Source: the human T2T-CHM13v2.0 reference genome, Homo sapiens. From it: DNA of 64,000 nt. The first letter of the stretch is position 1, and each line of letters begins with the position of its first letter. Of the stretch, positions 49,806 to 64,000 are shown in pieces. The translations under genes were made by a program, and so were the position numbers. The stretch lies in NCBI RefSeq assembly GCF_009914755.1, contig NC_060939.1. One strand, 5' to 3'. The notes under the pieces were generated by a model that saw nothing but the letters and a program-made list of their open reading frames with translations, was not told where the DNA came from and made no database searches.

Positions 49806-50067
49806 GTCTATACTTTTGATTCAGCCATTCTACTTCTAGGTATTTATCATACAAATGATCAAACAGGTGTAAAATGAAATTTATACAAGTATATTCAAGG
49901 CATTGATATTTATAATAGCCAAATACTAGAAACTACCTAAACATCCATGCATAAGGTATTAGGTAGATAAATTATGGAACATGCATTCAATAAAATACAT
50001 AAAGGTGAAAAAGAATGAAGTAGCTCTATATAAAAGGATGTGGAACAATCTCCAAGCTTGATTTGTA

Positions 50068-50377
<310 letters not shown>

Positions 50378-51110
50378 TAAGTGGAATAAGCAAGGTAGAG
50401 AACAATGTGAATAGTATACTATCTTTGTGTAAAGGGTATGTGTGCGTGGGGAGAATATATATGAATTTGCTTGTGTTTATATAGACTATTTCTAGAAAAT
50501 TATTGCTTCTAGATAGAGACATCAGTGCCTAGGCACAAGGCTTTTTTCTATATACCCTTTGTATCTTTGTGCCATGAACTTGTATTTATGTGTTAATATT
50601 TTTAAAGTAACAAAAACTTTTAGGGGAAAGAAAAGTCTGGCTGAAAAAACTATTTTCACCACAGAGGGCCCCTTACCTAGGAGAGCAATGGGGAGGTTGT
50701 GGGCTGGTCTCCCTTTGGGGAATGTGTTCTCCTTCTGGTTCTAGCAAAGAGAATCTTCTCTTTCCCGGTACAGTTCCCATGAGAGCTTCACAGAGATCCA
50801 GTCTCTGGCAGTATTTCAGTCGGGGCACTTTCTGAGGTACCGTTAGGAACTGTTAGGAACCGCGTTAGATACTGGTGGTACAGCAGTAAAGCTCTATAGA
50901 CGCGTCTCTGCCACCAAGGAGCTTCTATTCCAGCAGGGGGAGACAAACAATACTAAGTGCGTACACCATTAGCTATTTCTCTGTCAAGTGTGCCAAATGC
51001 TGTAAAAAAGAAGTTTGAGTGCTCTTGGACCCAGGTGTGGACGGTCAGGGTAGGCTTCTCTCAGAAGGTGATATTTAAGGGAGGATAAATAGGAGTTAGC
51101 TAGCTAATAG

Positions 51111-52404
51111 TGTGTCCGGAATTGGTGGGTACTTGGTCTCACTGACTTCAAGAATGAAGCCGCCGACCCTCGCAGTGAGTGTTACAGTTCTTAAAGGCCG
51201 CGTGTCCGGAGTTTGTTCCTTCTCATGTTCTGATGTGTTCGGAGTTTGTTCCTTCTGGTGGGTTCGTGGTCTCGCTGGCTCAGGAGTGAAGCTGCAGACC
51301 TTCGCGGTGAGTGTTACAGCTCTTAAGGGGGCGCGTCTGGAGTTATTCGTTCTTCCTGGTGGGTTCGTGGTTTCGGGGGCTTCAGCAGTGAAGCTGTACA
51401 CCTTCGCGGTGAGTGTTACAGCTCATAAAGGCAGTGTGGACCCAAACAGTGAGCAGAAGCAAGAGTTACTGCAAAGAGGTAAAGAACAAAGCTTCCACAA
51501 CACAGAAGCAGACCCGAAGGGGTTGCCACTGCTGTCTAGGGCAGCCTGCTTTTATTCTCTTATCTGGCCCCACCCACATCCTGCTGATTTGTCCATTTTA
51601 CAGAGAGCCGATTGGTCTGTTTTACAGAGAGCTGATTGGTCCGTTTTGACAGGGTGCTGATTGGTGCGTTTACAATCCCTGAGCTGGACACAAAAGTTCT
51701 CCAGGTACCCACTAGATTAGCTAGATACAGAGTGTTGATTGGTGTATTTACAAACCATGAGCTAGACATAAAGGTTCTCCAAGTCCCCACCAGACTCAGG
51801 AGCGCAGCTGGCTTCACCCAGTGGATCCCGCACTGGGGCCGCAGGTGGAGCTGCCTGCCTGTCCTGCGCTGTGGGCCCGCTTTCCTCAGCCCTTTGGCGG
51901 TCGATGGGACCGGGCGCCGTGGAGCAGAGGGCGGCGCTCCTTGGGGAGGCTCAGGCATGGCGGGCTGCAGGTCCCGAGCCCTGCCCTGCGGGGAGGCAGC
52001 TAAGGCCCGGGAGGAATCGAGAGCAGCACCGGTAGGCCGGCAGTGCTGAGGGACCCGGCGCACGCTCCGCAGCTGCTGGCCCGGGTGCTAAGCCCCTCAC
52101 TGCCCGGGCCGGCAGGGCTGGCCAGCCGCTCCGAGTACGGGCCCGCCAAACCCACGCCCACCGGGAACTCTAGCTGGCCCGCAAGCGCCGCGCGCAGCCC
52201 CGGTTCCCGCCCGTGCCTCTCCCTCCACACCTCCCCGCAAGCTGAGGGAGCCGGCTCCGGCCTGGACCAGCCCAGAGAAAGGCTCCCACAGTGCAGCGGC
52301 GAGCTGAAGGGCTCCTCAAGCGCGGCCAGAATGGGCGCCGAGAACGAGGAGGCACCGAGAGCGAGCGAGGGCTGCCAGGGCTGCCAGCAAGCTGTCACCT
52401 CTCA
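51111..52404 (-). mobile_element. LTR12 (ERV9) solo LTR, LTR12C-like, inserted into an L2
   Basis: Minus strand reads TGAGAGGTGACAGC ... CCAATTCCGGACACA; repeated CCAAT units; CpG-rich U3; 4-bp near-TSD atag/acag. Confidence 0.93.
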
Positions 52405-52672
52405 ACAGGACAAGGGTTGGCGTGAGAGGAGAGAAAACAGCACGTGCACAGGCGCTAAGGCAGGAGGCATCTGAAAGCAGGTCAGTGGGTCTGCATCACA
52501 GAGAGAGATGGGGAGAGGTAAGGCAAGGGCTAAATCTTGCAGAGTTGAGCTGCGAATTTTGGATTTTATTCTCAGAGCAGTGAGAAGCCATTGAAATGAT
52601 ATTTGAAGCAAGGGAGTAACACAATCAGATTTGTATTTTTAAAATACTGGCTAATATGGGGGAAATGATTTA

Positions 52673-53249
<577 letters not shown>

Positions 53250-54109
53250 TTATCTTGTATGATCTGAACCTCAATCTTGTAAACTGCATTAAGGGATCAT
53301 GATTCCAATTTTACTGATGAGAAAATACGTTCAGAGAGTTAACATTTATTTTAGCGAATGTAAGATCAATTAATATACTGCCTCATTCCAGAAAGAATTT
53401 AAGACTAACAGTGAAATATGGTATTGCAGAAGAGCACATTACAATGATGCAAATGATGAAAGAATAAAGATGGAACCCAAACAGAGCCAAGGAGGAGGCT
53501 AAAAGTGCATACTATAGCCTACCTATCCACATGTGTTCCACATACGAGAAACTTACCTCTAAGCTCCAGAAGGGAAGGTTTCCCAATATCTCACAGCTTA
53601 TGGTAAAGCCTAGACTCAAACTGAGGTCTTCCAACTCATACCCCACATATGTGATTTCACATTAGCCTTAATCCTAGCCACCACTGAGAAGGTCTCTCTA
53701 TTCAACCTTCTTTTAAAATCTTTCAAGAATTTCTGTATCTAAATACAGCAGACTAGCTTGTTACCATCCTCTCTGTTGGGAACAATTAGAAAAGTTGAAT
53801 GAAATATTTTAAATATCTCTTTGAAGGCATCAAGGCAGTGAGGACTTGAGGGATCAAGATCTTGGGGGAGAAGAGCAGAGAGTGAACTTGAAACTGGCTG
53901 CCACTCTTCTATCTGGGGCATTTGCCCATTCATAGTTGGCAGATAAGAGCCTGAGAATCTGGCAGTCTAGCAGGGTTTGAGTTTGAGGGTCATTAAGGAT
54001 GAGGGGCCCCAATAAACACCCCAGGCTTTCTGTTGGGACTGCAGAAGGGCTATGCCCCAGGAGTTGAGTTAAGTAGGAAATAGACTAATCCTTATAAAAG
54101 GCTGAAGTT

Positions 54110-54431
54110 GGCTGGGCGCGGTGGCTCACACCTGTAATCCCAGTACTTTGGGAGGCTGAGGTGGGTAGATCACCTGAGGTTGGGAAACCTGACCAACATG
54201 GGGAAACCCTGTCTCTATGGAAAACAAACAAACAAAAAACAACAACAACAACAACAAAAAACAAAATTAGCCGGGTGTGGTGGCACATGCCTGTAATCCC
54301 AGCTACTTGGGAGGCTCAGGCAGGAGAATGGCTTGAACCCGGGAGGCAGAGGTTGCAGTGAGCTGGAGATCGTGCCATTGCATTCCAGCCTGGGCAGCAA
54401 GAGCGAAACTCTGCTTCAAAAAAAAAAAAAA
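54110..54431 (+). mobile_element. AluS with an (AAC)n microsatellite in the middle A-rich linker
   Basis: aaacaaacaaacaaaaaacaacaacaacaacaac linker; TSD aaa(g)gctgaag. Confidence 0.88.
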
Positions 54432-56089
54432 GCTGAAGCCTGGTTTTAAATAAATCTCCATTATGGCACTCTCCCACTATCCTAACTTCCTACCAGAAAG
54501 AACATTCTCTGGAGGATATTAGCATTATCCAGAGCCTAACATTATCTATGTTCACAGAGTTCTTTCTCACATTCCCACAGATTCATTCAGCATCCCAGCT
54601 CAGACCTTCTGCTAACACTTGCTATACCAGGCACGTGGCCTGCCTCCCCTCAGGAAGCTCCAGGCTCTCATGGAGTCTGAAGCCAAGCCTATCCTCTGGG
54701 GTTGGAGGAAAGCTGGGTATATCTGAGATCAGCACTCTGCAATCAAATTCTTTTTGTCTGTACTCCTGAAAAAGCAGCAGCCCCAAAACTGGCACCAAGT
54801 GGCTCCTGGATACTGGGAAGTCAGGTCTCAGGGACAGGTAGAGAAGTGGTACCAGCTGCTCATTGGTTGGTTGGCTGCTGGTCAGTGGGCAAGTGGTGGG
54901 GAAGAAAAACTGAACAGTGGGCCTTGGAGGGCCAGGGACTAAAGGAGGAGCGAGCTCTGGGAAACAAAGTGTAGCTCTTGTTGCTGCCTGCCCTTTCCAC
55001 ACAGCCAGCTCCCAGCTCTCCAGTTATTCACCAGGTTGGGGTGAATGAGAGCTTCTGACACTTCCTTGAACTTCAGGCTAACTTATGACACTAACAAAGA
55101 CACCTTTAGGACCCAAGGGCAGACCTATGGGAGTACTGGGCAGTGTGACATGGGGGGAATTTGGAATCAGACAGACTTTGCTGTGTGGTCTTAAACAAAT
55201 TACCCAATTTCTCTGAACTAGATAAAGTCCTTTTGTCTCATGATTGTCCTTTGAATGCAAGCAAAGCCAAAACTAGTGTTGGTCAACTTAAAAAAACAAG
55301 AGTATGAAGGAGCTCGTAGATTGATGGGGAAAAGGAGAGCCAGGACTAGGAGAAGGATGGACTCCAGGGCAGCTCGAGTGACTAGGCAGCAGGAACAGAG
55401 GCTGGTCTGTCTCTGGGTCTCTGCTGCCAAGATGGATGGACTCCAAGTTTCTCCCTTTTCTAACCCACTTCACTCTGCAGTCAAAGTCCTGGGAGAAGTG
55501 TCTGATTGTCCCAGCATAAGTCACATGCCCACCTCTTGGCCATGGGCGGGCAGGGCTTCTTCACTGGCAGATCGACCAAGGCTACACACAATAAGGAAAA
55601 AGAAATTTCTTCAAAAACCCTTTTTGCCTGGAGCTGAGCTGAGCGTTGTCAGAAGAAAATTATACTGAGTTCCACTGGGGTTGGGGGATGAGGGGCTGTG
55701 AGGTTGTCCATTGGGAATGGGTTGGGGAGAACCTTATTTGCCGTGTTTATTGGTCTATTCCCTACACCTAGAACACTCAGCACATTAGGAACTCAAAAAA
55801 TGTTAAACGAACGGATGAAAGACAACCTTTGCATTTAAGGAAGGCCTTTGCGCTCAAAGAAGTGACTCTGATGGGAATTGCAAGCTCCTATGGCAGACAA
55901 GGGTGGAGAACTATTTGTCCTTTAAGTGCTTCTTAAGTCACATGAAGTCTGCTCAGCTCTGCAAAGTGGAATCGGCCCTGAGCACTGACACTGCAGGAAG
56001 TGATTGTGATCCAAGACTTAGAGGAGGCAGATGCCTGAAGATGATTGTGACCCAAATTCCTTAGACTGCGGCCTGAAGCTCTTCACCCC

Positions 56090-56520
56090 CTGGCTCTTGC
56101 CTCATTTCTTTCCTGCTTCTTGCTCCCTCCCATTCTGACCTCTGGCCATCTGAATGACTTGCAGTTCCTGGCTGCTTTATTCCACTCCCTCTCCTTCCAA
56201 TTCCTAGTCTTTGACCAACCACTAGCTTTTAGGGCTCCACTTAAATACCACTTCCTCCAGGAAGCCTTCCTTGAACCAATATCCCAAGGCTGGACTAGCT
56301 GGCCCTCCTTGTGCTCCCACAACACCCTGGTTTACCCCAGTGGTGGATCTCACCACTCTGTGTTATAACCTCCTGTTTATTTTTCATTCTCCACATCCTT
56401 AGACTTGAGCTCCTTGAGTGCAGGCCCTGGTCCTTCTTGTGTCCTTAGGGCCTACCTGGCTCAGGGCCTGGCCCCTAGTAGAAACTCAGTAAATTTTTGT
56501 TGAATCAAAGAATTAATGAA
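56090..56520 (+). mobile_element. L2 3' fragment
   Basis: cttcctccaggaagccttcc ... actcagtaaatttttgttgaat. Confidence 0.7.
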
Positions 56521-56712
56521 TGTGGTGTTAAAATCAGGACTCATTAAAGAGTCCTAGGGTGCAGTTCCTGAAATCTTCCATGTGCTTCAGAGGTCATTGT
56601 GTCTATAAGATGTTTCTCTCTCTGGTGTTTTCCTTAAACTATTTCTCATGATTGTCAGGTAATAATTATAAGATGAAATAATTTTAAGTTACTTCCAGCT
56701 CCCTGCCAGTAG

Positions 56713-57134
<422 letters not shown>

Positions 57135-57685
57135 TGGAAGTCTTCATCTTCTTTATTTACTGTGTGTGTATTTGATAGGACAGCTGTCTCAGTCATATAG
57201 TCAGTACTGAGAGAGCAAGTGCATCATGCCTTTCTTTGTGCAGAACTTTGTGCAGTGCCACAAGAGGAGATAATGATCAGAATTTTTTTGTGTTCAGTAG
57301 GACCCAGAAAGCGTGGAGTTTGCATGACCATAAACACAGGCTGCAACTAATAGAAAACTCTGAGAGTATTCCATTTCCCACTCAAAGTCTACCTCATTGT
57401 GTTATTCAGCCAGCTTTATCTCCCCAGCCAACCCAAGGCCATCCAGGACCACAGTGCGTCAGTGAGTTTTGAGTGAATAGGCTGGTACTGTTAGGACTGA
57501 GGGACCTCTTAGATGTCATATGGGAAAGGATTCAAAGGAAGGCCAAGGGTGAAAGGTCTCCCAGACTTTTTTTTCCCCCCAAGACACAAAGATGGTAGGT
57601 AGTAAGTAGAAACACCTGTGAGTTTTTGTTTTTTCTAGCTGGATCATGGCTGATACACCACCTGTGAGTATCTCACTTATTTGTG

Positions 57686-58354
57686 GACGTGTTCATTGTC
57701 TATGTCCCCTGCCTCCACTAGAAATGTAAGCTCCATGAGGGCAGGGACTTTGCTTTGTTTACTTTGTACCCCTACACTCAGAACCACTTCTGGCATATGC
57801 TAGGCACTCAATAAATACTTTTTTGAATGAATGGAGACTGCAGCATCCAAGGAACAGATAGGAAAGTGATGACTACATGAGGCAAAGGAGAGCAAGGTCT
57901 GAAGTTTATTCATACTAGGGAATTAGCTTTCGCAACAACAAAACAACAGTGAGCTGTTCAGCCTGTCTTTTTCTTTCCTGGATATCTGGGGCAGGGGGCA
58001 GTTAAGTCATGGCCAAGTCCTACCAGTATCCTCTGACCTCTGTGCCAAATCACGCTTCTGGATAGGAGACTGGAATCCTGGAATCTCTGGATGGGACACA
58101 GTGGAATCCCTGGGCCCTGAAAAGAGTCCAGGGGAGCTGTGCAAATGGTCCAGGGAAATATCCATCCATAGACATTTCCTACCTGTTCTCTGGATGCTGG
58201 AGTCTCCTATTCATTCATTCAAAAAATATTTGTTGAGTGCCTAGCATATGCCAGAAATGGTTCTGAGTATAGGGGTAGTAAACAAAGCAAAGTCTTTGCC
58301 CTCATGGAGCTTAAATTTCTAGTGGAGTCAGGAGAGACAGAAAATGAACACGTC
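57686..58354. repeat. Long inverted repeat with L2-3'-end-derived arms (57686-57865 and 58175-58354)
   Basis: Manual alignment of the arms gives about 15 substitutions and 3 short indels over ~180 bp. Confidence 0.9.
57905..57910 (-). terminator. TGM5 poly(A) signal AATAAA
   Basis: TTTATT on plus; first canonical minus-strand signal, about 575 nt after the stop. Confidence 0.7.
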
Positions 58355-58483
58355 ATCCCCTCTGTGGCTCTTGCTGGAGCCCTGTGAAGCCTCTGTTGTG
58401 GTGGGGAATGGCGCAGCTTGCATTTGAACTTGCTCCTTTTCCTGAAGCTTGAAATTCACACGTCTGGCGCGTTGTTCCAGAAT

Positions 58484-58780
<297 letters not shown>

Positions 58781-58845
58781 TCAGGAAGGATAGTGCTAAT
58801 CTCAGGGGGGAAAAACAGGAGAAGGCTGAGCACTTGCAGCACTTA

Positions 58846-58980
<135 letters not shown>

Positions 58981-59056
58981 CTAAACAGACCAGGAGGGGA
59001 AGGAGAATTAGTTCTCATTCCCCAACTCACCAGATATTTACGAAGGGCACCATTCT

Positions 59057-59470
59057 GTAAGGTGGCAGGATATGCCACCTCCAAATATGCCACTTTGGCA
59101 TAAGAATTCTTTGAGCCGAAGACAATTGAGAAGAAGCAGATATAAGAAAAGCTCTCTAGTTTCCCTTTATTTGCCTAAAAGCAGGACATAAATTTACAAA
59201 GGTGTCCCCCCTCCCCTCTCTACCAGGAAGGACAAAGGCTGATCACCAGAGATGCCTTCAGACCTTTACGAGCCTGGAGAGGGCACCAGAGGAATCTACA
59301 CAACAAACTTTCTAAGTTTTATCTACCATGAGTTTCCCATGTATTTGCCTTCCCAAAATTTGCCACCCCTTGAGACTCAAGGTCCTTTCCTTTTCTCTTG
59401 TCACTTCTCTAAAAACATATTGCTTCTTTGCTAAGATGCCACAAAAGCCCAAGTTCTAGCCAAACCTTCA
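59057..59470 (+). mobile_element. ERV1 LTR fragment (MER34/MER39-like) in TGM5 intron 11
   Basis: tgtaaggtggcaggatatgccacctccaaatatgccactttggcataag start. Confidence 0.6.
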
Positions 59471-60004
59471 TGTTTCCCCACCGGAAGGGGCTCCATGGGC
59501 TTACTTAACAGGGTCTAGGAGGCTGGTTGACTTTGGGGAGACAGCACGGGAAGGAAGGGAGACCTTAAAATCTTCCCACTTGGAAGACCGCAGAATGTCA
59601 GAGCAGGCGGGGTCCTCAGAGGCCATCTAGCCTAATCCCCTCTCTAACAGTTCAAGAAACAGAGGCCCAAGGCCCTGTCCAAGGATACACAGCCAAAAAA
59701 TGGCAAATCAAGTCTGAACTGACTTTCAGACAGGGCTCTCCCCCGACCAGAGACCCTCCCATCTGTGCTCACTTTCCTTATGTTGACCCATGGGGAAGGC
59801 CAACAGCAGGAGGGGCACAAGAGGGGGGTCTCTCCTATTGTCCATGGCACCTGCTCAAGGACCCATCCATAGGGCCTCTAGTGAGTGGTGCAAGAGGATG
59901 AAGATCTCTCAGACAAACTTCTCCCTCCTGGAGCACCAGAAGAGGCAAAGGAAGGAGGGGATGCTCTCCTAAGCAGGCCCAGGCTGCCCTCTCACAGGGC
60001 TTCA

Positions 60005-60265
<261 letters not shown>

Positions 60266-60465
60266 TCAGCCGTACCTGGGTTGGACCTGGGTCTCTCTTC
60301 CACAGAGAAGAGAAAGTCAACAAGTACCAAGTCCCAGGGAAGCAGGTGGCAGCTTTTTAGATGAGGAAATGAGCTGAAAAGAGCCAAAATGGCTGCCCAA
60401 GGCCATTCTGCTAGGAAATGGGAGAGCTGAGGCTCCAACGAAGGTCTCAGAGACTCCAAATCTCA

Positions 60466-61236
<771 letters not shown>

Positions 61237-61892
61237 TCACTCCCAGTAACAAGCACTCCCTCCACTCCTCATGTGCTTTCCCAGGCAGGCTCTGCTGGCC
61301 ACTTCACACCCTTCCTCCTGTATCAACCACAAGCAAGGTGTATTACCATTAGCATTCTTCTTCTTCTTCTTCTTCCATACACAGATAAAGAAAAGGAGGC
61401 TAATGGAAGTCATGTCACCTGCCCAAGTCACACAACTAGTAAGGAGCAGATCCCAGGTGGGAAGCAAACCTGCCCAACTCTAAAACCCGTGCCTGTGACC
61501 GCTCAACTCTATCCTGATCTCCTCAAGGGAAAGATGAAGGCCCACAAATGCAGAGAAATAAACCTCATAAAGACAGCAGGGCATGGTGTGATGTCCTGTT
61601 CCAGAGCCAGATTATTGGTCAGGCATAGACTAATTCCTGGAAACTAAGGGAAAGGAGAAGCACAGTACATAAGTAAATACATATGAGAGGAGGTCTAGGC
61701 GTGCAGAGTTCCCAGGGTGGCCCCAGCTTCCCTGCTCTATCCTGGGGGTCCCTGTGGGCCGCATGTGCAGGAATACTTGCCCACGCCTCATAATTCCAGA
61801 AGCTGCTTTTGTTGAGTACTTACTATCCCCAGGGACCAGCTCTACCCCTTCAATGCATTTGCCACAACTTCCTGAGGCAGAGGCCACTTTTA

Positions 61893-62392
<500 letters not shown>

Positions 62393-62760
62393 CTAAGCAG
62401 GACACTCAGGTCCACTCGGGTATGGCTCCAATCCCCCTGAGTCCACAGGGGACCCCGTGGGCCTCTCTAGCAAATGCCATCAAAGCCCTGCCCATATTCC
62501 CTTGGCACTTGCCATTTCAGTGTCCACAGGCCCTACTTTTCAAATTGCAGCCCCTGCAACTCTGTCTGAGGTTTTCTCTGCTACCAGAGCAGACTCAGCT
62601 CATGCATGGGGCAGGCCAGAAGTGCTAAAGAATTTACATCCCCCAGGAACAGCCCTCAACTCATGACCAACAGGAGTTGATGGATAAACACCCTAGCCCC
62701 TGTGACTCTCTGGTGTGATAAATCAGCAGTATTGTTCTACACTTCACACCGAATCAGTGA

Positions 62761-63060
62761 TAGGGTTGCCAGATTTAGCAAACAAAAATACAAGGCAATT
62801 TAATTTGAATTTCAAATAAACAACAAATAATTTGGGACAGCCTTTTTTTTTTTTGTTTAGAAATGAGGTCTCACTCTATTGCCTAGGCTGGAGTGCAGTG
62901 TTGCCATCATAGTTCACTGCAGCCTCAAATTCTGAGGCTAAAGTGATCCTCCCGTCTCAGCCTCCCAAAGTGTTGGGATTGCAGGTGTGAGCTTACAGCT
63001 CCTGGCCTGGGACAAATTTATGCTAAAGCATTATTTGTCCTTTATTTTCTCTGACAACCC
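62761..63060. mobile_element. MER53-like palindromic DNA element interrupted by a FLAM (62843-63007, minus)
   Basis: TAGGGTTGCCAGAT ... tctgacaaccc termini; tgggaca duplicated around the Alu monomer. Confidence 0.7.
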
Positions 63061-64000
63061 CACTTCCAGAGCTCCCAGCCAGCTGTCACTGTGCTAACAG
63101 GCTTGAAAATGTACTCTTACATCCACTTCCTTCCCTTCCCTGTCTCCCTCACTCTGCTCCAGGATTTCCAGGATAGCCTAAAAAATAAACCACCTGTATT
63201 TGAATGCTTGCCTCAGGATCCATTTCTGGGGCAGCCCAGCCAAGATGAGGCCGGAGGCCCCAGGGAGTGGGTGGTGATGGCACTGCTGGGCTGTGTTCAA
63301 CACTTGCCCCCTACTGCAAATCCCCTTCCCAGGTGGGGAATTCTGGAGCCTCCCTGCGTCTGTCCCCGAGGCCCACGTAGACGAACCACAGACACCCACT
63401 CACCAGCACTCCCAGCAACTGCTCAGCCCTCCCCACCGCCCTTCAGCCACCCTGCCTTGCACCTGCTCAGATCCTCCCCAGCCAGATCCCAGCTCTGGCC
63501 CTCACCCTGCCTCTGGCCCTCATGGACTGGATATTTTTGCCTGGCTCCCTGGTAATTGAACCTAGTGGCTGGCGCTTCTCAATGTCCAGGCATTCATCTA
63601 TAGCTGACTAACACAGCCTCCCCTGTGACCCTGCTGCCAGGGCTGTCACCTCAGAGTCAGCCTCTGGCCGTGCCGTTCCCACAGGGAGGAGTGGTGGGAG
63701 TGAACATCTGGGCTCACTTCAGCCTGTCCTCCAAAGACTCAGTGAAACACAGTGAATTAAATAATACCCTAAATAAAATAAATGAATGGCAGAGTGTTTA
63801 CTAAATTCCCTGCCATCTTCAGTGGGAGGCTGATTTTAGGGGGAAGCAGGGGTGAAGTATTCATATTCTGTTTGGGCTCCACGGTCCATGTCAGCGCCTT
63901 GTGGCGGGAGCTCGCTGGCCTGCAGGATGTGGGGTGGGGGTGTCATGAAGAAGTGAGGCTGTGAGGCCACCCCAACTGGGGCCTCAAAACTGAACAGCTG

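Noticed and set aside
51240-51430. Regularly spaced ~110-bp repeats (gtgagtgttacagctc...) superficially array-like
   Set aside because: These are the normal internal tandem repeats of LTR12. There are no unique spacers and the context is eukaryotic, so this is not CRISPR.
51096-52474. Several 130-180 aa ORFs
   Set aside because: They lie within the GC-rich, internally repetitive LTR12 and show no protein-family features.

Overview
Human (primate) genomic DNA recognisable as the 15q15 TMEM62-CCNDBP1-EPB42-TGM5 region. It contains the last three coding exons of TMEM62 (+), the complete 11-exon CCNDBP1 CDS (+, 1083 nt = 360 aa + stop), the complete 13-exon EPB42 CDS (-, 2076 nt = 691 aa + stop, plus a 90-nt alternative exon-1 extension) and the last four coding exons of TGM5 (-). 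All exon boundaries were read from GT/AG sites and the phases join in frame. The rest is dense repeat: an internally deleted L1PA with both ends and a TSD, a full-length THE1A element, an LTR12 solo LTR, MST/MLT LTRs, about 22 Alu/FLAM copies (one AluYa5), L2, MIR and MER DNA transposons. Most ORFs in the supplied track are repeat-derived or spurious. This is a well-studied locus and I see no new protein-coding system. The most unusual structures are: (1) a ~180-bp, ~90%-identical inverted repeat bracketing the TGM5 poly(A) signal; (2) an MST LTR placed between the convergent CCNDBP1 and EPB42 3' ends, a candidate shared terminator; (3) two tiny TSD-flanked copies of ERV-LTR sequence; (4) a templated-insertion scar at the L1 deletion junction, plus an extended ORF0; (5) an LTR12 pointing at the erythroid EPB42 promoter. 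Repeat subfamily names come from remembered consensus sequences, and repeat boundaries are approximate unless a TSD is quoted.
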